This document shows positions 34,294 through 44,244 of a stretch of DNA of 64,000 nt, piece by piece. This stretch comes from Candidatus Yanofskybacteria bacterium RIFCSPHIGHO2_01_FULL_41_26 (GTDB lineage Bacteria; Patescibacteriota; Minisyncoccia; 2-02-FULL-40-12; GWA2-44-9): contig MGJB01000001.1 in assembly GCA_001794055.1 (NCBI GenBank), positions 7,457-71,456 of the forward strand. Reading direction: 5' to 3'. The notes under the pieces are model-generated. The model was not told where the DNA came from. It saw only the letters and a program-made list of their open reading frames with translations, and did not search any database. The translations under genes and the position numbers were made by a program. The number at the start of each line of letters is the position of its first letter. Positions within the stretch are counted from its first letter, which is position 1.

Positions 34294-37216
34294 ATGGTTA
34301 TGGAGAGCAAAAATAAAATCTGGAAGATGATTTTTAAACCAGAACAACCAAATCTAGAGAAAGATTTGGAATTGGACGATGAAAAGTTGCAGAACATTGT
34401 TTTAGAAAAAAAAGAATTACAGAGTGAAATTGAAAAAAAACTTAGCTTATCTAATAACGCAAACGAAATCTTTTCCTCTATTAATACCTATAAGTTTATT
34501 AGCCATGAAGATGCCGTAGAATTCTTTGATCGATTATTGGATCATCCGGCAATATATAATTGTCTTGATGGCAGTAGTGCTTACTTAATTCTAGATTTTC
34601 TTAGGGAAAAAGGTAATCCTGAGGCCGTAGAAACAATTATACGATATGTTAACCACATATTATTACCTGGGTATAAAAGACAAGCGCATCTTCAGTTCGA
34701 CTTATATCATGCCGCTTTTACGCTATTAGCTATTTTAGGCAAAGAAGCATGTGAAAAAGTGCTTCAATCTCTTGCCGAACAAGACGTGACTTTTAAGGGC
34801 TGGTTTGAAAAAAATAAAATCTCTCTTTTGGGTCTAAAGTTTCCGAGCCAAATTACAAGTTCATACAAATCGGACATCCCCCATAATGATTGGCCTCCAA
34901 ATTATCTCGATAAAACATCAACACCATCAAATGAAGAACTTTCAGTTTCACGACCGTCGGAATTTCAAAAGACCAATGACACATTGGATTTTCAATCCAG
35001 ACTTTGGGAACAAGGTAAACCCTTTAATTTTTACAGAAGATTTAGGCCGGTGGTTCCCAACAGTGTTATTGTAGACGGAGCAAATTATTTAATGGCTTTG
35101 CGTGGTACTGTGGAAAATATGGGCGATAATAATAATTTGGATCCCAGTCTAAACTTATTGTCTGGTAGGATTGAAGAAAAACTTTTAACTGCAACGGTAG
35201 AAAAACCGGAACAATCCAATCAGAAAGAAATATTCGAAATTGTTTCTCTTGGGGCAGGTGAAGTCTTGTGTTTGGCCGTTTTGGAAAATAACAGAGAAGA
35301 AGCGCTACTCCGCTTAGGAATTATAAAACAGTTTATTGATCAAAGTAAAAGCAAAATTTCAGAAATTTTTAAAATGTTTCTTTTGGATGAATTAGCTTTG
35401 ATTGAATATTATATAAAAAATGATTCTAATTTTTCTTTTCCAGAACTTCCTCAAAACGCTGAATCTTTCCTGATGTATCATGCTTGGCACACAAAAACCA
35501 GAGAAATCCCCGATTTTAGAGTTCTTTTAGCAGAAAAAGTTAGGTGGTTAATGGCAAATGATTTAACCAGCAATCTGTCATTAATAGCGTTTGGTCCTAA
35601 CAATCTTCCTATAGGGGGACCGTCTTTTGCCAGAATAATTGAAATCGTCGGAAGATACAAAAAGGGACTGGAATTATATAAAGTTGTTGACGAAAAAGAT
35701 ATGCCTATTTACTGGGAAGCCATCGATAAATTGGAAGATACCGATCCGTCAAGAATAGTTGTTTTTGGCCGAGATGGAAGATTTTTCTTTACGGCATTGA
35801 AAGCTTCGGGATTTGGCATCGGAGACAAAGAGGTTAAGTATGTGGTTATAACCAGAAACATGAAGGATCTGGAGTCAAGAGACACAATTACGGACTACTT
35901 GAAACAGAATGGAATATCTCTTGATTTTACTTTTGTCGATACAGGTTTTCGGGGTTCTATACCGGAATTGGCGATAGATTTTCTATCCCAAGACCAGGGT
36001 ATAAGCCTGTCTTCACAAGAAATAGACCGGAAAATAACTTTGTTATCAAGCTCGGAACGAACCCGAACAGAACTGTCTAGAAAAAGACGATCGAGAGACG
36101 AACAAATGAGGACTGTGGGGGTGATAGAGGATCATCGGCCCCAAAACATGGAAAGTCCGGCTCAACTGGAAATGGACGAAAGGGGAAAACTAAGACCAAA
36201 AGGTACATTTAATTCTTCTGCTGACCAGCTTGGCTATTGGATTGTAGAGCATGTATCTTTAAGGAATTTTGCGCCAAAACTTAATCCGGATAAAAGAATC
36301 GAATATAACAAAAAAGATCCTCTAAGTGGCCTGAGATTTGTTCAGGACTACAGAGGAGAATCTATCGGAACCCACCCCATGGAGTTGTGGGAAGATAAAA
36401 ATGAAGATAAAGAAAGGTTTCTCATCAAAGGCGGTCCCGAGCATACGTTAAGAGCGGATTTTGTTGGCCAGAGATTTCTACGGCAGGCCGATTTGGTGGT
36501 TCCAGACACAGAACTTGTGACAATAAACGGTCAGCTTAAATTAAAGATGGAATTTTTGGCAGACTACAAATTAATGGGGCTTCATCTTCCCGTCGAGTTT
36601 CAAAACAGCGAAAAGATTCAGTCCGCTTTGTTGGTCGATGCTTTATTGGGCCAGTATGACCGTACTCCTTGGAATTTAATGTTTAATTCGCGTTGGGGGG
36701 AGCATCGTGTTGCCTTCATTGATAACGGTGCCAGTTTGTTTTCCAGGGCCAGGGGGGGGGCACAAAGGTTTTCCGAGATACTTTGATGTGTCTCAACTGG
36801 CGGAAATACTGGCTAATCCTCAGTTTATTGGTGAACCAGTCAATGAGGCATACGACAATTTAATTGAAGTCAAAGATGGGGTTATAAAAGTTAAAAACAG
36901 AGAAAGATTTTCAGAACTTTTCAAGAAATTCTGTTTTTCTTTTGATTATGATTTTATTGATTCCGTTATTGAACAAGCGGGATATCCTGACGGTAGAAGG
37001 TCCATCCTTTTTCTGGAAGGAATTGTTGAAGATTTAACAGGAGAATTAAAAAGAATGCACCCCGGGTCATCGGATTATAAAAAAACCAACGAAGCCATAG
37101 AAACTTATAAAAAGGCTATCGAAGCTGGAGGAGAATCGTCATATCTCAAACAAGCTCTTAAGCAGAGGAGAGATGATATTATAAACATGTTCAATGGTTT
37201 GGGTTTTCAATTCTGA
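34294..37216 (+). CDS. Large (~970 aa if contiguous) protein with C-terminal PI3K/PI4K-superfamily kinase domain most like type II PI4K. Reading frame broken by a G9 homopolymer (two ORFs 34294-36786 and 36707-37216)
   Basis: Catalytic-loop-like LLVDALLGQYDRTPWNLMF and activation-loop-like RVAFIDNGASLF closely parallel PI4KII [20 protein letters not shown] / IKVAAIDNGLAF. Removing one G of ggggggggg (36752-36760) fuses the frames: ...SRARGGHKGFPRYFD... Confidence 0.55.
36752..36760 (+). repeat. G9 homopolymeric tract inside the kinase-like gene (frameshift point)
   Basis: aggggggggg cac. ORFs in frames +1 and +2 overlap exactly here. Confidence 0.9.
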
Positions 37217-37237
37217 TATAATATAGCGACTTTAACC

Positions 37238-38086
37238 ATGTCGGAAATGAATTCAAAAAAAGAGTTTGAAAAACTTACAACTCCAGAAAAATTTGAGGCG
37301 GTTAGGTTTTTAAAAGTATTCATTGTTCGCCATGGGCTCACCGAATATAAAGAACGTGAAAGTGTAAAAAAGTTTGGCAAGTGGAACCCCGGTATTCACG
37401 ACATAACCCCTGAAGGCGAAGATGAATTAAGGGATACGGCCCTAAGAATAATCCAAGAGATAAATCCCAAAACTGATATAGTTGTATTTTTATCCAGTCC
37501 TCGAGCAAGAGCTCAATCAAGCATGAGAATATTAGATGATGAATTTCGACAGAGAGGCATTGAAATTTACCAAGAAAGCCCTGTTTTAGTAGAAATGTTA
37601 AGAAGTGGCGGAGACATGTCGCCAGTGACAGGAGACAATAACGAAATAAAATTTCAAGATCAACCGCAGAATGATTATTGGGATATTGAAGAAGAGGGCG
37701 AAGAGCAACCCCAAGGAAAGCGTTTTAAAAAGTTTTTAAGTTATTTTGCGTCAATTAACCAAACATTGTTAGCTGAAAAAATTAAAAAAACTAGCAGTAG
37801 GTTGAATGGTAAAATACCTGTTTTTGTTGCAATAACTCATGGTGAAGTAACTCATGCCGGGGCTTCTCCTGCGCCAGTTTATAAAAAATCTTTTTTGGGA
37901 GAAGTTTTTCCAGATAAAAAAAGATTAAAATTACCTAGAGGAAGGTCAATGAAACTGGTTTTTGATCTTGAAAATCCCGGAAATTTTTCTGTGACTATTC
38001 CTCCTGAAACAAGCCTTTCCGGCAGTAGCGAGACAAAAAATCTTCATTTTAATTCTAAAAATGGATCTGTTGAGAATATTTATTAA
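37238..38086 (+). CDS. Histidine phosphatase superfamily protein (PGAM-like branch, RHG motif)
   Basis: FIVRHGLTEY (RHGxT catalytic motif) near the N-terminus. A second phospho-histidine-pocket region LSSPRARAQ. Acidic insert. Confidence 0.6.
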   Translation: MSEMNSKKEFEKLTTPEKFEAVRFLKVFIVRHGLTEYKERESVKKFGKWNPGIHDITPEGEDELRDTALRIIQEINPKTDIVVFLSSPRARAQSSMRILDDEFRQRGIEIYQESPVLVEMLRSGGDMSPVTGDNNEIKFQDQPQNDYWDIEEEGEEQPQGKRFKKFLSYFASINQTLLAEKIKKTSSRLNGKIPVFVAITHGEVTHAGASPAPVYKKSFLGEVFPDKKRLKLPRGRSMKLVFDLENPGNFSVTIPPETSLSGSSETKNLHFNSKNGSVENIY

Positions 38087-38309
38087 AGCCAAACCTAATT
38101 CCAGTGAAAACAAAGTTGACCCGCCTTCGCCGGGAGGTTTAGGCGAGGCAAAGAAAAATTATTATACTGTATCCGTTAAAGATCCTCCGGTCGGGGGGCG
38201 GGCGAATAGAGCTATTGTCAGAGAGCTTTCAGAATATTTTCACACTCCAAATGTCAGGATAGTCTCGGGTCATATTTCAAGGCAGAAGATTGTTGAAGTA
38301 GATCTATAA
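38061..38309 (+). CDS. DUF167 (YggU-like) family protein
   Basis: KAKPNSSENKV...VSVKDPPVGGRANRAIVRELSEYFH...VRIVSGHISRQKIVEV matches the YggU family pattern. Confidence 0.7.
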   Translation: MDLLRIFIKAKPNSSENKVDPPSPGGLGEAKKNYYTVSVKDPPVGGRANRAIVRELSEYFHTPNVRIVSGHISRQKIVEVDL

Positions 38310-38376
38310 CTTGACACATCCTAATTTTAGATGTATCTTATTGATAGGCTGTCTTAACAGAAAAGAAAGGTAAGCC

Positions 38377-38754
38377 ATGAGCGAAGTCAAAGCTTTTACG
38401 CTGGATGGAATTACCAGGGTTGCTGAAGGGGCGGATGGGGTTATGTGCTTGAAAGACCTTGGGTTTAACCACGCCCTTGTGGTTATTACCGAAGATGAGA
38501 CAGAGTATGACATTATTGTTCTTGAGCCAACGACAGGCAAAGTCCGTGTTAAAGGCGGCTGGTTCACCCAGCCGACCGAATGCAAGCTGACAGGCGCCAC
38601 GGCAGGCGGTTCTACGCTTTGGATGAACCGTATCGCGGTTGGCTGGTGCATGGAGTTCTGGTTGAAGGAACATTGCACCGTCACAACGCTTTCTGTCAAA
38701 ATTATCGGTTGGAGAATTAATCCGACAATTACATCTTCAACTCTTGTTCATTGA
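38377..38754 (+). CDS. Hypothetical protein (moderately G+C-rich)
   Basis: RBS gaaaggtaagcc then ATG. Terminator gaccacttcggtggtcTTTT at 38755-38778. Confidence 0.45.
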   Translation: MSEVKAFTLDGITRVAEGADGVMCLKDLGFNHALVVITEDETEYDIIVLEPTTGKVRVKGGWFTQPTECKLTGATAGGSTLWMNRIAVGWCMEFWLKEHCTVTTLSVKIIGWRINPTITSSTLVH

Positions 38755-38811
38755 GACCACTTCGGTGGTCTTTTGTTTGGAAAATAATTGTTATTAAGGT
38801 AAAATTACTAT

Positions 38812-39951
38812 GTGGCGAATTATAGAATCTTACTTCTCGGGGGTGGCAGCGGGGGGCATGTTTTTCCGCTGGTTGCTGTTGCCAATGCTTTGAAAGAAAA
38901 ATCCGAACAAAATGGAATTTCTTTAGAGTTGATGATTTTGGGAGAAGGTAAATTTATAGCAAAAGCGGCAACGGATGCGGGATTAAATTTTCAATCGATA
39001 TTAGCCGGCAAACTAAGAAGATATTTCAGTCTTTTAAATGTTCTAGATATTTTTAAAGTTCTGATAGGATTTTTTCAGGCTCTTTGGCATATATTTTGGT
39101 TTATGCCTGATGTGGTCTTTGCCAAAGGCGGATATGCGTCTTTGTCTGGCGCATTTGTGGCGAAGCTTTATTTCATTCCTTTGTTTGTTCACGAATCGGA
39201 TTCAATCCCTGGTCTTGCCAATAGGATTTTAGGCAGATTGGCAAAGACCGTTTTTATTTCTTTCGCATCTAGTGATAAATATTTTAAAACCGGCAAGACA
39301 GTTTTAACGGGAAATCCTGTCCGGAAAGAATTGGTTTCAGGTGACAAATCGACTGGTATCCAAAGTTTCGGTTTAAACCCGAACCTCAAAACAGTTTTGG
39401 TTTTGGGGGGCAGCCAAGGCGCGCAAAGAATTAACCAAATCGTTTTGGAATCTATTGTTTTAATGACAAAGGAATTTCAGGTCATCCACCAATGCGGGGA
39501 ATCTCAACACAAGGCGGTTAAAGCGGAAGAGGATAAAATTATAAAAGAAGGCCAAGGTGAATATTCCGATACTGTGAAAATGAATTATAAACTCTATCCA
39601 TTTTTCAGCGAGAAAGAACTGGCGATGGCCTATGCCGTGTCGGATGTAATTGTTTCTCGCGCCGGAGCCGGTTCGCTTTTTGAGATTGCTGCACTCGGCA
39701 AACCGGCTATTTTGATACCTCTTTCCACTAATGCTAGTCGCGGTGAGCAAATTACCAATGCTCTTGAATTTTCAAAATTCGGAGCATCAATGATCGAAGA
39801 GGAAAATCTTACGCCCCACATTCTAATCAACCAGATAAATTCTTTGCTTCAGCCTGAAAAATATAATACTGTAAGCCAAAATTTAAAAACTCTTGCTATG
39901 CCTGACGCAGCGGAAAAAATTGCCTTAGTATTATTGACATCGCAGAGCTAA
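38812..39951 (+). CDS. murG: Undecaprenyldiphospho-muramoylpentapeptide beta-N-acetylglucosaminyltransferase
   Basis: N-terminal GGGSGGHVFPLVAVANAL motif and GT-B two-domain architecture. Confidence 0.9.
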   Translation: MANYRILLLGGGSGGHVFPLVAVANALKEKSEQNGISLELMILGEGKFIAKAATDAGLNFQSILAGKLRRYFSLLNVLDIFKVLIGFFQALWHIFWFMPDVVFAKGGYASLSGAFVAKLYFIPLFVHESDSIPGLANRILGRLAKTVFISFASSDKYFKTGKTVLTGNPVRKELVSGDKSTGIQSFGLNPNLKTVLVLGGSQGAQRINQIVLESIVLMTKEFQVIHQCGESQHKAVKAEEDKIIKEGQGEYSDTVKMNYKLYPFFSEKELAMAYAVSDVIVSRAGAGSLFEIAALGKPAILIPLSTNASRGEQITNALEFSKFGASMIEEENLTPHILINQINSLLQPEKYNTVSQNLKTLAMPDAAEKIALVLLTSQS

Positions 39952-39966
39952 TGCTAATATTATTTT

Positions 39967-40698
39967 ATGAACTGGAAGACGATCGGTTTTGATAAAAATA
40001 AAAAGTATTTTCTAGATGCCATTAAAAACGGCAATTTATCGCACGCTTATATTTTTTGCGGACCTGACGGTATCGGTAAGAAGTTATTTGCTTATGATTT
40101 ATTTAGTTTTATAAATCAACGGGAGCCAGAAGGCGACCCGGATTTTAAATTGCTTACTCCTCGTTTGGAGGATGATGAAACTAAAATATACATTGAAGAT
40201 GTCAGGAATCTTAAATCCTACTTATCTTTGAAATCCTACCGTGGCCCGTACAAGTTTGTAGTTATAAACGATGCTGACCGATTGGTTCCTGAAGCTGCCA
40301 ATGCCTTTTTGAAAATATTGGAAGAGCCGTCGCTGTTCACGGTAATTATTTTGGTTAGTTCTCAACCCAAATTAATTCTTCCGACAGTTCTATCTCGATG
40401 CGAGAAAGTGCAATTTTTGCCTCCCGAAGAAAAAACCATTAACAAAGAAACGGCCAAAGCCGTAGCCGAGTTTATAAGTATAGCGAGGCAAGGAATAACC
40501 GAACGTATGCAATATGCCGAAAAGCTATTTGCCGATAAAAATTACCAAAATCTTGTCATCGGCTTGATTCATACTATTCGGTCGCGGGAAAATCCGAACC
40601 ATAAAGTTTTAAAAAATCTCCTCAAACTAAATTCCCTTCTCTCTCGGCCTCAATTCAACCACCGCCTAGCCCTCGAAAATTTCCTTATCAATCTTTAA
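39967..40698 (+). CDS. holB: DNA polymerase III delta' subunit-like clamp-loader AAA+ protein
   Basis: HAYIFCGPDGIGKKLFA P-loop-like motif and SRC-like ...SRCEKVQF. Confidence 0.7.
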   Translation: MNWKTIGFDKNKKYFLDAIKNGNLSHAYIFCGPDGIGKKLFAYDLFSFINQREPEGDPDFKLLTPRLEDDETKIYIEDVRNLKSYLSLKSYRGPYKFVVINDADRLVPEAANAFLKILEEPSLFTVIILVSSQPKLILPTVLSRCEKVQFLPPEEKTINKETAKAVAEFISIARQGITERMQYAEKLFADKNYQNLVIGLIHTIRSRENPNHKVLKNLLKLNSLLSRPQFNHRLALENFLINL

Positions 40699-40771
40699 CT
40701 CGCTCGGGGTGGGCACATTTTCAGCCTGTTCCAAAACTCGCTCCCATCCAATCCCTCTCTTCATCACATCT

Positions 40772-40878
40772 CCGCGATACGACAAAAGAGCTGACGGATG
40801 TACGGAAATTACCATGAGCGCTTCGCTATAATGGTAATTTCCTATCCGTCAGCTTCTTTATGTTACCGTATCGCTGCG
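40772..40878. repeat. Hairpin-closed element: ~25-bp stem-loop (agctgacggatgtacggaaattaccat / atggtaatttcctatccgtcagct) inside outer stem gcgatacg / cgtatcgc. D-like 3' motif tatgttacc
   Basis: Architecture parallels family D (outer stem, long hairpin, tatgttacc). Confidence 0.45.
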
Positions 40879-40999
40879 AGGAGTGATTCAGATAGGGATA
40901 TGGCTGGAAGTTTAGTTTGAAAGATAAATCTGCTTGCCTTTACTTTTTCGATAATTTGCTCTATTATTTTAGGCAGGTCTTTTTATCGGAGGATTTTTC

Positions 41000-41194
41000 A
41001 TGATGATTTTCTTCGCGATTATATTGATATCAATGGGTATTGCTGGGCTACTTGAATATGTCAGGCCCGTCAGGCCTAGTGAGAACTCTTATGATAATGC
41101 CCTGCAGAAATATTTGAAAGCTTGCCGAACAACGATTAGGGCTGATTTGAAAAGGTCATTAATTAAACTCTGTGGCAGAAATAAGACCCCTTGA
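41000..41194 (+). CDS. Hypothetical small membrane protein
   Basis: RBS atcggagga then ATGATG. One TM. Terminator aagaccccttgaataaggggtTTTTATTT. Confidence 0.35.
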   Translation: MMIFFAIILISMGIAGLLEYVRPVRPSENSYDNALQKYLKACRTTIRADLKRSLIKLCGRNKTP

Positions 41195-41308
41195 ATAAGG
41201 GGTTTTTATTTATCGCGAACACCCCACCCCACCTTCTCATCTTTTAAGCAAACTTATCCAGGACGATGAATCAGGTGGGATGGGGTATTCGCTCGACATA
41301 AAGCAATC

Positions 41309-41466
41309 ATCGCCAATCTCTCTGATATCACTCCACGTAGCAATGGGCTAAACAAAACAGGGGTCGAATGAGTAAATATGCGAAATAGCGAAGCGCTCTC
41401 GCATATTTATGAAATGAGACCCCATTTTGTTCGCATTGCGGAGTTGTGATAGAAGAGAGGTTGGCG
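41309..41466. repeat. ~155-nt long imperfect palindrome (rod-like element of 4 nested helices) immediately upstream of frr, preceded by a 20-bp-stem hairpin at 41213-41295
   Basis: Left arm catcgccaatctctc-tgatatcac-...-aaatatgcga mirrors the right arm tcgcatattt-...-gtgataga-gagaggttggcgatg. Confidence 0.55.
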
Positions 41467-41516
41467 ATGGATGCGGAGACGTTGTTTAGAGAAAAATTAT
41501 ATGCTAATATTTTTTT

Positions 41517-42071
41517 ATGTATAAAGACCACATAAGCCAGAAAAAAAAGGAGTTTGATGTCGCTGTTGAGCATGTCAAAAATGAGATAGCTGGAATAAGA
41601 ACCGGCCGGGCCCATGTTTCCATGGTTGAAGATATTGTCGTGGATTATATGGACTCCAAGTTCAGGATTAGAGAATTAGCAACTATTAATATTCCTGAAC
41701 CGCGGACACTTCTCATCCAACCGTGGGACAAACAGGCTATTCCTAATATTGTAAAAAGCATTAAAGAAAGTTCCTTGGGTTTAAACCCTATTGATGACGC
41801 CACCGGCATTAGGTTGAATATTCCGCCATTAACGGAAGAACGCCGGCTGGAATTTATCAAATTACTTCATCAGAAAATTGAATGGGGGAAGGTAAGAGTC
41901 AGACAAATTCGGGAAGATGTATTAAAGAAAGTCCAGGCTGAAGTCAAAGAAAAGAAGGCCCGGGAAGATGATTTGTTTAAAGCCAAAGAAGAACTTCAAA
42001 AAATCATAAACGACCTCAATCGTATCTTTGACAATATGACCAAGAAAAAAGAACAGGAATTGATGTCGTAA
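41517..42071 (+). CDS. frr: Ribosome recycling factor
   Basis: 184 aa. The MYKDHISQKKKEFDVAVEHVKNEIAGIRTGRA start is typical of RRF. Confidence 0.9.
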   Translation: MYKDHISQKKKEFDVAVEHVKNEIAGIRTGRAHVSMVEDIVVDYMDSKFRIRELATINIPEPRTLLIQPWDKQAIPNIVKSIKESSLGLNPIDDATGIRLNIPPLTEERRLEFIKLLHQKIEWGKVRVRQIREDVLKKVQAEVKEKKAREDDLFKAKEELQKIINDLNRIFDNMTKKKEQELMS

Positions 42072-42073
42072 AA

Positions 42074-42280
42074 AGCGAAGGCCTGAATCATTTTCTCACC
42101 GTTGACTTTCTTCGGACAAATGCTTAAATTAATCTCAATTTGCTTAACAAATTTTAGCATCCGTTCCTCCCTAAGGGGATTTTCCGGCTAAAATTTGTTG
42201 ATTAAGCAAATTATCAATTAATTTAAGCATTGTGTTACCCTCGAAACCAATAGGTTCTAAAATGACTAAGGCCTTCGCTT
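42074..42280 (+). repeat. Repeat family D copy 3, outer stem aagcgaaggcct / aggccttcgctt
   Basis: Aligns with D1 and D2. The central loop hairpin is cctccctaaggggatt. Confidence 0.7.
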
Positions 42281-42301
42281 TAAAATCATTAAATCATATT
42301 A

Positions 42302-42811
42302 ATGAGTATTGAAAGTCTAAGTAAAATAGAACGAGGCAAGGAAACTTTAATGAATCTTGAGAAAGAAGGGCTTTATGTTTTTCACGGTTCAACGGAGTTG
42401 ATACAAGAATTAGAACCACGCCAGGCAAAGGTTTGGAATAAAGACAAAAAAGAAATGGTTGCACACGGAGAGCCGTCAGTAGTTGCAACACCATTTGCAG
42501 AAATTGCAATATTCAGGGCTATTATAAGTAACAAGATAAAATCCAATGACGGAAAGCATTACAGTTCTTTTGGCTCTGATGGACATAAACCATTTTTTGA
42601 AACCACTCTCAAGATATTGGAACAGGCCAAAGATGTTGTGGGCTATGTTTATGTTTTTAAAAAAGAAGATTTTACTAAACTTAGTCCGATGGAGTGGAGA
42701 TCAAACAAGAAGCTCAAACCCGTTCGGACTTTTGAAGTGCATTTTCAAGATTTGCCAGAAAATATCAAACTTGAGCCAAGAAACAGTGAAGATGTCTCTT
42801 TAAAATTGTAA
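42302..42811 (+). CDS. Hypothetical protein
   Basis: 169-aa ORF bracketed by two hairpin-closed repeat elements that share the aagcgaaggcc outer stem. Confidence 0.45.
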   Translation: MSIESLSKIERGKETLMNLEKEGLYVFHGSTELIQELEPRQAKVWNKDKKEMVAHGEPSVVATPFAEIAIFRAIISNKIKSNDGKHYSSFGSDGHKPFFETTLKILEQAKDVVGYVYVFKKEDFTKLSPMEWRSNKKLKPVRTFEVHFQDLPENIKLEPRNSEDVSLKL

Positions 42812-42821
42812 GCGAAGGCCA

Positions 42822-43097
42822 CTGTTATTTTCTCGCAAACTGCACGTTTGGCAACTATTTCAGGAGCTCTGACGCTATAATTATGAGTGAGGAGCAAAAT
42901 GATTGAAAATCATTTTGTCCGAGCGAGTTAAATATACAACGTATTTCTCTGGGTACCGACCCGAGGATGTCGAAAACGGCCCAAAGGGCCGCATGGTTCG
43001 ACAGGAGTTGCTTCGGGCGGTCAGATAAATTAGGAAGAATTTCTAGAAATAGTCCAAGAGGAAGCCGTGAGAAAATGGCAGCGGCTTCGCTTTTAAC
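42822..43097. repeat. Hairpin-closed element (outer stem aagcgaaggcca / gcggcttcgctt) containing repeat F copy 2 (42911-42949)
   Basis: Same outer-stem sequence as D copy 3 on the other side of the ORF. Confidence 0.5.
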
Positions 43098-43134
43098 TTT
43101 GAATTTTCAGATTTTAGTTATAATATAGAGACAC

Positions 43135-44217
43135 ATGATAACTGCAGTAATCTTTATTATAGTTCTGGGGGTGCTGGTTTTTATCCACGAGTTTGGGCAT
43201 TTTATTTTTGCCAAAAGAGCCGGAATGAAAGTGGAAGAATTCGGTTTTGGTTTCCCGCCTCGGATTTGGGGCATCAGAAAGGGTGAAACACTATACTCCG
43301 TGAACGCAATTCCCTTCGGCGGATTTGTGAAAATTTTAGGCGAAGGAGGAGAAGAAGCAAATAATCCAAGAAGTTTTTCTTCCAAACCGACTGGTTTGCG
43401 GCTCAAAGTAATTATCGCCGGAGTGACGATGAATTTCTTTTTGGCAGTTGTTCTTTTGATGGTTACCAATTTTTTTGGGTTAAGAATAGGATTAATTGAT
43501 GATAAGACAGCGACAATTGCTAAAGACAAGCAAGTTCAAATAATTGAAGTTTCTAAAGATAGTCCGGCGGATAAGGCGGACATCAAGCTTCTTGATGAGG
43601 TCACAGGTTTTAAATTAAACGGTTTTTTCAAAGCGGTTTCTAGCGCGGAAGATGTCCAAGCTTTTATAAATGAAAATGCTGGAAAAACCTTGATCGTGGT
43701 TGTTCAAAGAAATAGAGAAATATTAGAAAAAGAAATTGTGCCAAGAGTGAATCCTCCGGCTGGACAGGGCGCATTGGGGGTTTCTTTGGCTCTCACGGGG
43801 GTCGTTTCTTATCCGTGGTATGAAGCGGTCTGGAGAGGTGTATATGATGCGGTTATCCTTACGATGAATACCGTTATCGGGTATTTTATGCTTTTCAAAA
43901 TGCTTTTGTTAAAAGGTAAATTAATTGCCGACGTTTCGGGCCCTGTCGGCATAGCTACTCTTACTGGTCAAGCCGCAAGAATGGGGATAAATTACCTGAT
44001 GCAGTTTACGGCGATGATATCCATCAATTTGGCGGTACTGAACATTATTCCATTTCCAGCCTTGGACGGAGGCAGGGCTTTGCTTATAATTGTAGAGAAG
44101 CTCAAAGGTTCGCCAATGAACAAAAAAGCCGAACAATTGGTAAATGCCATCGGCTTCGCGTTTCTTGTTGCATTGATGGTGTATGTGACCACTAAAGACA
44201 TAATCCGATTTTTTTGA
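43135..44217 (+). CDS. rseP: Site-2 protease RseP-like M50 zinc metalloprotease with PDZ domain
   Basis: HEFGHFIFAK (HExxH) in TM1 and the LDGG motif near the C-terminus. Confidence 0.85.
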   Translation: MITAVIFIIVLGVLVFIHEFGHFIFAKRAGMKVEEFGFGFPPRIWGIRKGETLYSVNAIPFGGFVKILGEGGEEANNPRSFSSKPTGLRLKVIIAGVTMNFFLAVVLLMVTNFFGLRIGLIDDKTATIAKDKQVQIIEVSKDSPADKADIKLLDEVTGFKLNGFFKAVSSAEDVQAFINENAGKTLIVVVQRNREILEKEIVPRVNPPAGQGALGVSLALTGVVSYPWYEAVWRGVYDAVILTMNTVIGYFMLFKMLLLKGKLIADVSGPVGIATLTGQAARMGINYLMQFTAMISINLAVLNIIPFPALDGGRALLIIVEKLKGSPMNKKAEQLVNAIGFAFLVALMVYVTTKDIIRFF

Positions 44218-44244
44218 AAAATCATAATTTCTAATTTCTAAACA

